This document shows positions 11,520-24,239 of a DNA stretch of 53,489 nt, piece after piece. Location of the stretch: contig NW_021834591.1 of assembly GCF_006345805.1 (NCBI RefSeq), positions 1 through 53,489 on the forward strand. Direction: 5' to 3'. Position 1 is the stretch's first letter; each line of letters begins with the position of its first letter. Below the pieces are notes generated by a model, which made no database searches, was not told the origin of the DNA, and saw nothing but the letters and a program-made list of their open reading frames with translations. Source of the stretch: Octopus sinensis. Its lineage: Eukaryota. The position numbers were made by a program, and so were the translations under genes.

Positions 11520-12546
11520 ATAGGTGTGGAAGACTTTGTGTGTATTGAAGTCGAGCAATAATGAGATACCTAGTCCAAAGTAAGGAAATCTTGCTAGTGA
11601 TATTTAGGAAAGGAACGGACTATTGAGAGCAGAAAAAAGGGCAAAAACAAAGAAAGAAGTACAAAAAGTACATGAAGAAGAATTACGCAAGAAGGGACGA
11701 CAAAATCAATTTCATGGAGCCACAACAGAAGTTGATGGAAAAAATAGGTGGGATTGGCTGATGAAAGGAACCCTAAAAATAGAGACCGAGAGCACTATAC
11801 TGGCAGCGCAGGACCAAGCTCTGGTCACGAACTGGAGGGCTAGCCTTTGGAATGTGCAAGTGTCTTCGCTGTGCTGCGTCTGCAATAGAGTGGATGAAAC
11901 CATTGCACATACCACAAACGAATACCCTAGACTTGCCCAAAACCCCTACAAGTTGTGGTGACATGATCAGGTAGTGGAAGTGATACATTGGAAACTGTGA
12001 AAAATGGGGGTTAGAGAGAGGCAAGACGTGGTATGAACACAAACCACAGAGAGTGACAGAGTTGGAGATTTTCAAAATCTTCTGGGATTTCCCAATCCAA
12101 AAAGATCAGATGCTAGAGCTTAACAGACCGGACCTAGTGGTGGTGGACAAGGTGCACCACATATGCTATATAGTTGATGTTGCATGCCCCTTTGACCCAC
12201 GAATAGTCAAGAAGGAAGGAGAAAAAACAGATAAATATAAGCCTCTTAAGTATGAAATAGCCTGGCTACAGAAAATGAAGAAGGTGAAGATGGCACCAAT
12301 TATTGTTGGGTCCCTGGGAACAGTATCAGAAGGCATCAAGAGGGGTATAAAGGAAGTTGGAATAGAGTGCCCAGTAGAACTGTTACAAAAGGTTTGTGTC
12401 GTTGGCATGACCAGAATAATCAGGAATGTATTAGATAGTTGAAAAGAAACGGATAGCACGGTGCCATAGGCTGCAGGTAGCAAGCCTGCTACACAAGCAA
12501 GTCTCCAGGAATTCGAGCGAAACCTGATTTAAAAACAATAATAATA
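11520..12546 (+). mobile_element. R4/Dong-clade non-LTR retrotransposon, 3' fragment
   Basis: LKIETESTILAAQDQAL, decayed CCHC knuckle, WDFPIQ..RPDLVVVD..IVDVACP..EK..KY restriction-like endonuclease; ends in a short TAA tail. Confidence 0.85.
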
Positions 12547-12958
12547 GTGCAGGAGTGGCTGTGTGGTAAGTAGCTTGCTAACCAGCCACATGGTTCCGGG
12601 TTCAGTCCCACTGTGTGGCATCTGGGCAAGTGTCTTCTGCTATAGCCCCGGCCGACCAATGCCTTGTGAGTGGATTTGGTAGACGGAACTGAAAAAGAAG
12701 CCCGTCGTATATATGTATATAATATATATATATGTATGTGTTGTGTTCTGTGTTTGTCCCCCTAGCATTGCTTGACAAACGATGCTGGTGTGTTTACGTC
12801 CCCGTCATTTTGCGGTTTGGCAAAGAGACCGATAGATAAGTACTGGGCTTACGAAGAATAAGTCCCGGGGTCGATATGCTCGACTAAAGGCGGTGCTCCA
12901 GCATGGCCGCTGTCAAACGACTGAAACAAGTAAAAGAGTAAAGAGAGAGAGTAAAGAG
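12547..12958 (+). mobile_element. SINE family A
   Basis: Same consensus; tail ends ~10 bp from the exon 1 splice donor. Confidence 0.9.
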
Positions 12959-12968
12959 TGTAGTTTAC

Positions 12969-13112
12969 CTGTACAACAGTGGTGACATTGTGCATGCCGA
13001 TCATGTCAGAAGTAGCCTGGTACTTATACACATGGCTGTAACTGTCTTCAAAATAAAACCCGAACACAGCTTTCGCAAGGGCAATAAGCAGAAGAGCTCG
13101 CAAGTTCTGCAT
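12969..13112 (-). CDS. Coding exon 1 of a secreted protein, probably Vitellogenin_N / large lipid transfer (LLTP) domain
   Basis: ATG at 13112; 48 codons MQNLRALLLIALAKAVFG-FYFEDSYSHVYKYQATSDMIGMHNVTTVVQ; hydrophobic signal peptide followed by an F...YVYxY-like start typical of LLTP N-termini; ends at CAG|GTAAAC donor (phase 0). Family call is by motif recognition only. Confidence 0.8.
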
Positions 13113-13130
13113 ATTGAAGAGGGTTCAGCG

Positions 13131-13166
13131 AACTGGTTTCCCTCGTTGGATACCTCCGTTTATATA
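13131..13166 (-). promoter_or_regulatory. TATA box + initiator core promoter
   Basis: Minus strand TATATAAA at 13166-13159 and Inr-like CCAGTT with A at 13134 (32 nt spacing), 22 nt upstream of the ATG. Confidence 0.7.
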
Positions 13167-13490
13167 GGTTAGAGAACCGGGGGGTGGGGGTGGGAATGGA
13201 GTAGAAACCAGGGGAAGGCTTTGGTGGGAGGTGGTGGTGGCGGGAGGTGGTGGTGGTGGGAGGTGGTGGTGGTGGTGGTTGGGGGAATGGTGATTGGGTT
13301 GTTTGCAGCGGAACGGTACAAGAGGTGACCAAAGCCAACCTCTACCAGCAACCTTTCAACTAGGTCACATGTGTGTGTGTGTGTGTGTGCCTGTGCATGT
13401 GTTGTGTGTATATATATTATCATATATATATATATATATAGAATATATATATATATATATATATAATATGTATAGGTATAGTATATATAT

Positions 13491-13521
<31 letters not shown>

Positions 13522-13608
13522 GATGGATATATATATTATATATATATAAATTATTATATATATATATATATGTGGTATATATATATATAGTGTAATATTA
13601 TATATTTA

Positions 13609-13643
<35 letters not shown>

Positions 13644-14124
13644 ATATAGCATATATATATATACACATATACATATAATATATACTAGAGAGCGAGGAGA
13701 GAGAGAGAAAAGAGAGAGATAGACAGATAGAGAGTGAGAGAGATAGAGAGAAAAAGAGGGGAAATAAGAAAGAGAGAGAGAGAGAGAAAACGTGAAGAGC
13801 AAGAAAATAGTTCCAATCAAATGGTTCCAGTTGACATCGCAATGTATTTTGGAATAAATTATAAGGTATTAAGACAAAGCTTTGGTCACCAGATTAGAAG
13901 ACATTAGCAAGGATTAACAGAGCTTCCAAACGTTGGAATCGGTTGCTATATCAGTCTTGTAGGCCACCATTATTGTGTTTGTTCAAGAGTTGATAAATGT
14001 TGTTTTAATAATGATTACGAAACGAGAAAATGTCAACAGGAAACGAATAACAAAATATTGATTAGATTTTTAGCTGTTTATGTTTATTTATTTAGCAATA
14101 TACATATGTGATTCTTTTATTTTT

Positions 14125-14513
14125 TTTATTTGTTTCAGTCGTTTGACTGTGGCCATGCTGGAGCACCACCTTTAGTCGAGCAAATCGACCCCAGGACTTA
14201 ATCTTTGCAAGCTTAGTACTTATTCCATCAGTCTCTTTTGCCAAACCGCTAAGTTACAGGGACATAAACACACCAGCATCGGTTGTCAAGCAATGCTAGG
14301 GGGACAAACACAGACACACAAACACACACGTACAGGAATATACATATATATGACGGGCTTCTTTCAGTTTCTGTCTAACAAATCCGCTCACAAGGCTTTG
14401 GTCAGCTCGAGGCTATAGTAGAAGACACTAGCCCAAGGTGGCATGCAGTGGGGTTGAACCCAGAACCATGTAGTTGTGAAGCAAGCTACTTACCACACAG
14501 CCACCCCTGCACC
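14125..14513 (-). mobile_element. SINE family A
   Basis: Reverse complement of the family A consensus. Confidence 0.9.
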
Positions 14514-14600
14514 TAAATATATATATATATATGACGATTTAAAAGTCTGTTATCAGCATATTGGCATAGAAATAATTTCCTTTTACCCTTGTTTATAAGT

Positions 14601-14647
<47 letters not shown>

Positions 14648-14717
14648 CATTACATATATACAATTTCAAAGTAAGGTGATTAAAATCAAAATAAGCAACA
14701 ATGATATCCAGAAGTAA

Positions 14718-14804
14718 TGCAGTACGATCGTTTCATGCAACTCCATTTAATTGAACAATGCAATCGTTACATCAATTTAAAATGTAGAACAATCTTCAGC
14801 TGCA
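14718..14804 (-). ncRNA. Hammerhead ribozyme motif with long loop 2
   Basis: Minus strand TGCAG-CTGAAGA-TTG...(58 nt between core halves)...CAT-GAAA-CGATCG-TA-CTGCA. Confidence 0.65.
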
Positions 14805-15939
14805 CAAAGACATAGAATATAATTAAATTAGAACAGATGGACACATTATTATGATTATACCTAAAATCTCCAAGAAGTTAAGGAGATGGACAAATAACAT
14901 ACTGTCTCACTCCAGGTTAGAAGTTACTGAATTTTCCAAGAAGATATACATTGTTACAGACTCTGCCTGTCACTGATTTTTTTTGTTGTTTTTATGGGGT
15001 CAATTTTAATTTATAGACTAGTTTATCAAATCCCTTGTATGTCTAAGGCTGAGAGAACAGAGGGAGGTATCTGTTAGGGGTAGGGGCTGAGGGAGCAGAC
15101 AGACATTATAGTTGGTATAGTCATAAAAATCAAGATTTATTAGAAACAATATCATGAGGTTTGGTAAAGGAAAACTTAAAGCAAGATGTTAGGTGATAAT
15201 TAAGGGGGTTGTCCACTAGCTATATATAGTGAAGGCGATTGGCTTAATGGTTAGGGCATTTGGCTCACGATCCTAATGTCATGAGTTCAATTCCCAGTGA
15301 CGTGCTGTGTCCTTGAGTAAGACCCCTCTCTTATTATAAACTGCCATTGTCACCATCAACTCTATTACTTTTAATAAAGCATCATCAACTCTCCCTAAAT
15401 TTCTTTGTCTCTCTTTCTCTCCCTCTCTTTTCCTTTCTTTCTCTCTTCCTTTCTTTCTTTCTCTCTCTCTCTCGTTGAAACCACCCTCACTGTCTCTATG
15501 CCTACTATTGCTCTCACCCCAACACGAAGAAGTGTCACTGAACAGTGAGGGAGGTGGTGAAAGTGTGACACACTGACACACAGAAATTAGTTTACGCATT
15601 TATCATATTAAAAATATATATACACACATGTGAACACACACACACACACACATGCACATGTGCGCACACACACACACACATAAAGATAGTATGGGGTAAT
15701 CAGTGAGTGTGGGGTGGGGGATACTCATAAACACCAAGTCCAACTTGACCAAAATATTTTTTCCTCGTTTGTTCTGCTTTGTCTTGACATGTTTGGTTGG
15801 AATTGTCAAAGATATTAGATGTGGACTGAACAAATTTCAGTTGTCAACAACAAGTCTGAATGACAGATAAACGGTTAAGACTGTCGGATTACCCTAGTAA
15901 GGCACACTCTCAACAATCACTGGAGGCTGTATTTAAGAG

Positions 15940-16282
15940 TCCACCACCACCACCACCACCACCACCACCACCACCACCACCACCATGATGACCACAACTA
16001 CAACCACCATCACTACCACCGCAATCACCATGACGTCGACCATCATAACCATCACGACCATCACCACCACCACCACCACCACCACCATTGTCATCATCAC
16101 CGCCAAGACCATAACCATAACCACGATGACAACAGCAACGCTGACCACCATCACCACCACCATTACCACCACCATAATGACCACAACAACCACCATCACT
16201 ACCACCGCAATCACCATGATGTCGACCATCACGACCATCACCACCACCACGACCATCACCACCACCATCGCCATCACCACCA
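15940..16282. repeat. Degenerate (CAC)n tract
   Basis: Directly visible. Confidence 0.9.
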
Positions 16283-16331
16283 GGGGCCTCAGTCCCCTGT
16301 CAACCCCTCTGTGAGTCCTTACATCTGTAGA

Positions 16332-16570
16332 TACTTATTTCTTTATTACCCACAAGGGGCTAAACACAGAGGGGGGACAAACAAGGACAGACATAGGTAT
16401 TAAGTCGATTACATCGACCCCAGTGTGTAACTGGTACTTAATTTATCGACCCCGAAAGGATGAAAGGCAAAGTCGACCACAGCGGAATTTGAACTCAGAA
16501 CGTAGCAGCAGCCAAAATACTGCTAAGCATTTCACCCGACGTGCTAACTATTCTGCCAGCTCGCCGCCTT
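16332..16570 (-). mobile_element. tRNA-derived SINE, family D
   Basis: Minus strand GGCGAGCTGGCAGAATAGTTAGC...GAGTTCAAATTCCG; further copies at 27465-27810 and 28840-29003. Confidence 0.8.
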
Positions 16571-16659
16571 CTTTCTCCCCACTTTGTCCTGTGTCTTCCT
16601 GGGTCTACCCCTTCTACATGATCCCTCTCCAATTTGAGATTGGCACCTCGTGATGCAGC

Positions 16660-17091
16660 TGTCTTCTTCATTCATATGCATTATGAAGGAAGGCTGAAGA
16701 CGCTCGACCATTATTCTCTAGAAAAACGACGACGCCGTGGTGATCTCATTCTCGCTCACAACATCATAAGTGGAAAGTGTAACTTCTCGAAAGAGCTGTT
16801 CTTCACTCCTGCTCCAGAGCGTCAGCTGCGGGGTCATTCTGAAAAGCTCTATCTGTGACGATTTCATCTCAATCGAAGGAGAGGGGCCTTCTCCGTCCGG
16901 ATTGCGGATCCATGGAATAAGCTGCCGGACGAGATGGTGAAGATGCCGACGATCACTCGGTTCAAAGTCTCCCTTGACCACAAGTGGCCTGAACTCTTTA
17001 CATGAACACCCTCCCTGTACATAACTCCATGTCCCCCTACATGGCCTTGCTTTTTGCTTTTTGAGCAAAAAAAATTAACTAACTAACTAAC
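16660..17091 (+). mobile_element. CR1-type LINE 3' fragment
   Basis: YEGRLKTLDHYSLEKRRRRGDLI...LRGHSEKL...FSVRIADPWNKLP; (TAAC)n tail. Confidence 0.85.
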
Positions 17092-17345
17092 ATTACATGG
17101 CTGTACTCGGGTAGTCTTCTCTCTCGCATGCCTCATGTACCCAGTTTTTCTCTCAAATCACTTACACTCTATCATACATGCACACTGACATTACCCACCC
17201 AGAGAAGCATACTGGTTTCATTTCTTTCAAGCCTTTGCTTATCCCCAGCAGTCACAGCCCATGTCTCACTGCCATGTAGCAGAGCTGTTCATACACCGGC
17301 ATCATATAATCTGCCTTTCATTCTGAGGGAAAAGCCCTTCATTAC
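17092..17345 (-). mobile_element. RTE-type LINE fragment (inverted partial copy at 17865-17938)
   Basis: Decayed RTE-like C-terminal coding; 17092-17170 is the reverse complement of ~17865-17938. Confidence 0.55.
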
Positions 17346-17499
17346 TAACAGAGGTATGTGTGTTTTCGTGTATGTGTGTATACATGTATATATATATATA
17401 TATATATTGTACAAAGGATCATGGGTAAGAACAGAACAATGCGAGGTAAATACAAGACAAATCCCAAAAAAACAAAAATATGAATTAAGCGCCGCCTTG

Positions 17500-17828
17500 A
17501 CTGGCTTCTGTGCCGGTGGCACGTAAAAAGCACTAACCGATCATGGCCGCTGCCAGACTCCCCTGACACCTGTGCCGGTGGCACGTAAAAAGCATCAACC
17601 GATCGTGGCCGCTGCCAGACTCCTCTGACACCTGTGCCGGTGGCACGTAAAAAGCACCCACTACACTCATGGAGTGGTTGGCATTAGGAAGGGCATCCAG
17701 CTGTAGAAACACTGCCAGATCAGACTGGAGCCTGGTGCAGCCTCCTGGCTTCCCAGACCCCGGTCGAACTGTCCAACCCGTGCTAGCACAGAAAACGGAT
17801 GTTAAACGATGATGATGATGATGATGAT
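17500..17828 (+). mobile_element. SINE-like element with ~60-bp tandem units and (GAT)n tail
   Basis: TGTGCCGGTGGCACGTAAAAAGCA x3, then GGTTGGCATTAGGAAGGGCATCCAGC; same family as 1-537 and 39680-39838. Confidence 0.8.
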
Positions 17829-18669
17829 GTAGACTTACCTTACATTCAATATTTCAGTGTTCAAGAGTGTAAGTGATTTGAGAGAAAAACTGGGTACATG
17901 AGGCATGCAAGAGAGAAGACTACCCTGGTACAGCCATGCTTATAGATCTATATCAGGCCTCCATACTTTTATGATTTTAGTGTCAGAAGGTGAATGAAAG
18001 TATGGAAGACTAATGGACACAGAACTACTAGGAGTGAGACCAGACGCTTGCATGTAGATTTGCATCTGGCCTGCCATACTTTGGTGGCTGTAGTGTTGGA
18101 AGGTGATGAATGACAAACAGACACAGCATTATCAGGAGAAGTGAAACCAAAGAAATGCATATAGATTTGCTTCTGGCCTGTCACACTTTGTTGGTCACAG
18201 TGTTGGAAGGTAATGGAAGATATGGAAGGCAAACAGACACAGAATTACCAGGAGAACAGAATCCAGAGCGATGCATAGAGATTTACATCTCTAACGAAAT
18301 GTATACATGTCTTCTGTTTGCAACCAAAGCTGCACTTCAAAGACCAGAATGTGCAGACATCAAGGGATCTTTAAATGAAGTAGATGATCATCATCAGACT
18401 CTAAGGGCTACTTTTAGTTCCTGGACAGGATGTTCATGTAGTCCATTATATTCCAAACTGTCTGATGGCTGCCAAGACTAACATATGAAAAGTACTTCGA
18501 AATTTGCTATAAAATTGTGGTTTTTGGCCGTGTTGGCTGCTATTTCTAGCATGTAAAATTACCTGTTAATGGGTAATTTTCTATTTTGAAATACGAATAT
18601 GTTGTCTATTGACTTTTTATACATGCTGGGCCACTGGTGGTGATATTTATAATGAGTATTCGCCACCCT

Positions 18670-19058
18670 ATGGATGGAAGCACTCCATCGGTTACGACGA
18701 CGAGGGTTCCGGTTGATCCGAATCAACGGAACAGCCTGCTCGTGAAATTAACGTGTAAGTGGCTGAGCACTCCACAGACACGTGTACCCTTAACGTAGTT
18801 CTCGGGGATATTCAGCGTGACACAGAGAGTGACAAGGCTGGCCCTTTGAAATACAGGTGCAACAGAAACAGGAAGTAAGAGTGAGAGAAAGTTGTGGTGA
18901 AAGAGTACAGCAGGGATCACCACCATCCCCTGCCGGAGCCTCGTGGAGCTTTAGGTGTTTTCGCTCAATAAACACTCACAACACCTGGTCTGGGAATCGA
19001 AACCGCGATCCTACGACCGCGAGTCCGCTGCCCTAACCACTGGGCCATTGCGCCTCCA
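18670..19058 (-). mobile_element. SINE family B, tail type 1, full length
   Basis: tRNA-like head GGAGGCGCAATGGCCCAGTGGTTAGGGC...GGTTTCGATTCCC; matches 23764-24137. Confidence 0.85.
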
Positions 19059-19444
19059 CACCCTATATATATATGAAAAGTAAACATAGCCATTCTGGCA
19101 GCTTCCATCAGGAAGACTCCACTCTGGATTTCCTGTCCTTGTGTGACAGCCCTTAATTTCCAGATGTTTTTTTTAAGATCAATTCTAGATGCCTTCTCAA
19201 AGAAGGAAACAGAATGGTGAACGGTGCGTCATGAAGGCTTGCTGAAAGCATTTATCATCCTTTTTCATCATCGTTTTTAACATCCATTGTTTTTCCAAAC
19301 TTGTATGTGTCAGAATTTTGATGAGGCAGATCCCTATGGCCTGACATGTTTTCAAAGGAGATCAGGAAAAAAGGACTCCACTTGTATGGCTGAGACATTC
19401 ATTTATGACTACCATGCAACATCAAGGCAGGCAAACTGTAACTC

Positions 19445-19902
19445 ACACATACACATACCCACAGACATGCATACACATATATATATATACATACATACAT
19501 ACATACATACATACATGCAACATACATACATACATACATACATACATACATGCATACATACATGCATACATGCATGCATACATACATGCATACATGCATG
19601 CATACACATACATACATACATACATACATACATGCATACATACATGCATACATACATGCATACATGGATGCATACACATACATACATACATGCATACATG
19701 CATGCATACATACATGCATACATGCATGCATACACATACATACATACATGCATACATGCATGCATGCATATATACATACATATATATATATATACATACA
19801 TACATACATACATATATATACATATAAATGCACACACACAGAGACACATTTGTGTATGTATGCATGCATGTATACATGTCTTTATGTATGTGTGTGTATA
19901 CA

Positions 19903-19933
<31 letters not shown>

Positions 19934-19938
19934 TATAT
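19445..19938. repeat. (CATA/CATG)n tract
   Basis: Directly visible. Confidence 0.9.
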
Positions 19939-20377
19939 ACGACAGGCTTCTTTTAGTTTCTACCAAATCCACTCACAAGGCATTGGTCGGCCCGGGGGTA
20001 TAGCAGAAGACACTTGCCCAAGATGCCACTTAGCCTAGTACTTATTCTATCAGCTCTTTTGCTGAACCGCTAAGTTACAGGGACTTAAACACACCAGCAT
20101 CGGTTGTCAAGCGATGTTGGGGAGGACAAACACAGACACACAAACACACATCTGATTATCATTTATTCCGCAGTCTTCAAAATCATTTGGACAGAAAAAA
20201 TATGAATTCTATAGATGAGGCGGGAACAGTACTGAAGGAGTATTTTTCATCATGGACAGGTAAATTTTGGAAAAGGGGCCTTACAAGTCTACCAGATAGA
20301 TGAAAGAGCATTGTAGAAAATGAGGGAGAGTATATTTTAGATTAAACAAGAACTTTATCTTAATTTTGAAAAATCCA

Positions 20378-20517
20378 CAGGAGTGGCTTGCTAACCAACC
20401 ACATGGTTCCGGGTTCAGTCCCACTGCGTGGCATCTTGGGCAAGTGTCTTCTGCTATACCCCCGGGCCAACCAATGCCTTGTGAGTGGATTTGGTAGAAA
20501 CTAAAAGAAGCCTGTCG

Positions 20518-20570
<53 letters not shown>

Positions 20571-20787
20571 TTGTGTGTTTGTGTTTGTCCCCCTAGCATT
20601 GCTTGACAACCGATGCTGGTGTGTTTACGTCCCCGTCACTTAGCAGTTCGGCAAAAGAGACCGATAGAATAAGTATTGGGCTTACAAAGAATAAGTCCCG
20701 GGGTCGATTTGCTCGACTAAAGGCGGTGCTCCAGCATGGCCGCAGTCAAATGACTGAAACAAGTAAAAGAGTAAAAGAGAGAGAGAG
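20378..20787 (+). mobile_element. SINE family A
   Basis: Same consensus; rearranged minus-strand pieces also at 19940-20150. Confidence 0.9.
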
Positions 20788-21374
20788 TATAAAAAAACTG
20801 CATTATTTATGGGAAATTCCAATGATAGTTACCTAATTAAAGTGGAAAAATTATCAGAAAAGCCATTTCTAGTCATTTTTACAAATATATATATATATAT
20901 ATATATATGTAGGAGAGGAAAAATTATAATAAGGCAGAATGCTAAATTGAAAGTAAATTTTAATAAAAATGGGTATATGAAGAATTAAAAAAGAAAAAAT
21001 AATAAATCACATCGGTTTTCATCGCAAGGCAAATTTTCAAGATTTGGAAGGGGAAAAGAAATCTTTTTAAAATTGCTGAAGGGGAAAAAAGAAATTTACA
21101 ATGTTTTTTTTTTCTAAAAAATGATAATACATATATACAAAAGAAGTTTTTCCAAGGACTAATATTGAACTCTAAAAGCATAAAGACTCTACAATGTATT
21201 GGTATACTAATTTATTAATTTTTGTATATAGGTATTATTATTTTTCCTCAATTCTGGCTCGACATGATGTTTTGGGGATGTTTAATTTTGAATCCATGAT
21301 GTATAAAGATGGAACTAAGTACGCATGAGTTTTTCGGTACATATTGTAGTTTCATAATTATCCATTGTTCAGCG

Positions 21375-21470
21375 ATCTTACTGAGGATCTACAGATGGCC
21401 AATAAATCATGTGATTGACTAATTAATTGATTTAATTGATCATTAATAGTGAAACTCGTGGGTATAAGAT
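21375..21470 (+). ncRNA. Hammerhead ribozyme motif with long loop 2
   Basis: ATCTTA-CTGAGGA-TCTA...(55 nt)...TAGT-GAAA-CTCGTGGG-TA-TAAGAT; perfect 6-bp stem I. Confidence 0.65.
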
Positions 21471-21711
21471 TAACTGACTTTTTCATTCATTTAAATATCC
21501 CGCCTGCCTTTAAAGAAAAATCTTTCTTTTCATGGTATGGGTCTTGACTGCTCTTTCTAGCATGTAAGAAATCCACTATGTGGATTTCACTCTGTATATA
21601 AAATCTTATGCACTATTACATAGAAATATTTATATATTCTAACTTTTAATTGAGCATGCTGACCATTGGTAAAAAAAATTATAATTATTTTTAATAATTT
21701 TTATCCTGTAT

Positions 21712-21728
21712 TTATATATGTATGTGTG

Positions 21729-21762
<34 letters not shown>

Positions 21763-21816
21763 TGTATGTATGTATGTATGCATGCATGTATGTATGCATG
21801 CATGTATGCATGTATG

Positions 21817-21847
<31 letters not shown>

Positions 21848-22180
21848 GTATGTATGTATTCATGTATGTATGCATGCATGTATGTATGCATGAATTTATG
21901 TAAGTATGTATATATGTATGTATGTATGCATGCATGTATGTATGTATATATATATATATGTATGTATGCATGCATGTATGTATGTATATATATATATATA
22001 TATGTATGTATGCATGTATGTATGTATGTATGTATGTATGTATGTATGTATGTATGTATGTATGTATGTATGTATGTATGTATGTATGTATTTATTTATG
22101 TATGTATGTATGTATGCATGTATGTATGCATACATGTATGTATGTATGTATGTATGTATGTATGCATGTATGCATGTATG

Positions 22181-22216
<36 letters not shown>

Positions 22217-22402
22217 TGTATGTACGCATGTATGTATATATATGTATATATGTATGCATGTATGTATGCATGTATGTATGTATGTATGAATGTATGTTTG
22301 TATGTATGCATATATGTATATGTATGTATGTATGTATGTATATATGTATGTATGCATGTTTGTATGCATGCATGTATGTATGTATGTATGCATGTATGTG
22401 TG

Positions 22403-22447
<45 letters not shown>
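21712..22447. repeat. (TATG/CATG)n tract
   Basis: Directly visible. Confidence 0.9.
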
Positions 22448-22449
<2 letters not shown>

Positions 22450-23340
22450 CTTTGTGTCTGTGTTTGTCTCTCACAAACTCAACAACTGGTGTTGGTGTGT
22501 TTACATCCCTACAACTTAGTGGTTCATCAAAAGCGACTGATAAAATTAGTACCAGGCTTAGAAAAAGGAAAAAAAAAAGCATCAAGGGATTTCTCCAGGG
22601 AATCCTTTGTACTTTTTTTTATGACGGGGGCCACAATATTTTTAAAAATTTTTTAATAGATCCGAATCGATGTTATTTATCGGGTCAGACTTAATCGCTG
22701 AACTAATCAATCAAGATCAAATATGATCACCTCTTAAAACTGCAATAATCTTGTAAGGTAAACCGATGGATTATTTAAAAGATTTTTTTAGATGGGTCAG
22801 GAGAGGGCGAGGTGATGGGGGGAGGAGAAGAGAAGAAGGGGGAGAAGTGAAGAAGGGGGAGGAGAAGAAAAGAAGGGGGAGGAGAAGGTTTCTGATTGTT
22901 TTTCTCAGTAGAGGGGGGATTACAAGTCATTGATAATGATAAGAGCAAGGGAGAGGCGGTGGGAGGATAGAGAATGTGTGGTGTGGTAGAATGAGTATGT
23001 TGTTGCTTAAAGTGTGCGTGTGTGTGTGTGTGTGCATGCATGCTTCTATCTGTGTGTGTGTGTGTGTGTGTGCGTGCTTCTGTGTACATGTGTGTGTATG
23101 TGTGTTGTATGTGGATCTGTGTATATTTCTGCGTACATGTTTCTAAATATAAGTAAATATGTGTTACTTTTGTGTATGTTACAATATATGCATATGTGAG
23201 TGCGTATATGCATAAGGTTTTTACATGTATATGTGTGTGTATATCTATTTATATATATATCTATATATATATATACATACATACATATATATATATATAG
23301 TATATATATATGTATACATATATATACATACATATATATA

Positions 23341-23380
<40 letters not shown>

Positions 23381-23763
23381 CTTTTATCTTTTACTTGTTT
23401 CAGTCATTAGACTGTGGCCATGCTGGGGCATTGCCTTCAAGAATTTAAGTTGAACTTATCAACCCCAATACAAGCATATGCATATATATACATATATATA
23501 CATATACATACACACACATATGCATATATGTATTTGTCTATATATTCATATATGCATGTATACATACATATATGCACATTTGTACATGCATAGACAGCTA
23601 GACAGACAGACAGACAAATATAAGTAATGTTTCCTTATAGAACCACAGGTTCCAACAAGATGTGTTTTGCTGGAAACAGGGAGTTTAACAAACCCTTTTA
23701 ACACTCAGAAGCAGAATGTCGATGTTGAGGCCTTTATTCCAACTGACCTAATGATGTTCATGG

Positions 23764-24137
23764 TGGAGGTGCAATGGCCCAGTGGTTAGGGCAGCGGACT
23801 CGCGGTTTCGATTCCCAGACTGGGTGTTGTGAGTGTTTATTGAGCGAAAACACCTAAAAGCTCCACAAGGCTCCGGCAGGGGATGGTGGTGATCCCTGCT
23901 GTACTCTTTCACCACAACTTTCTCTCACTCTTACTTCCTGTTTCTGTTGTACCTGTATTTCAAAGGGCCGGCCTTGTCACTCTCTGTGTCACGCTGAATA
24001 TCCCCAAGAACTACATTAAGGGTGCACGTGTCTGTGGAGTGCTCAGCCACTTACACGTTAATTTCACGAGCAGGCTGTTCCGTTGATCGGATCAACCGGA
24101 ACCCTCGTCGTCATAACCGATGGAATGCTTCCATCCA
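23764..24137 (+). mobile_element. SINE family B, tail type 1
   Basis: Reverse complement of 18670-19058. Confidence 0.85.
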
Positions 24138-24239
24138 TGATGTTCATGACTGAAGATTAATTAACAAGCTGTCTACATTAATTGCAGGCTCATTGCTGGT
24201 TAATAAATCTAATATAAGACAGGTAGAACCAACAGTACA

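Noticed and set aside
12849-12968. C-terminal part of the 87-aa ORF
   Set aside because: Read-through past the splice donor into an antisense SINE.
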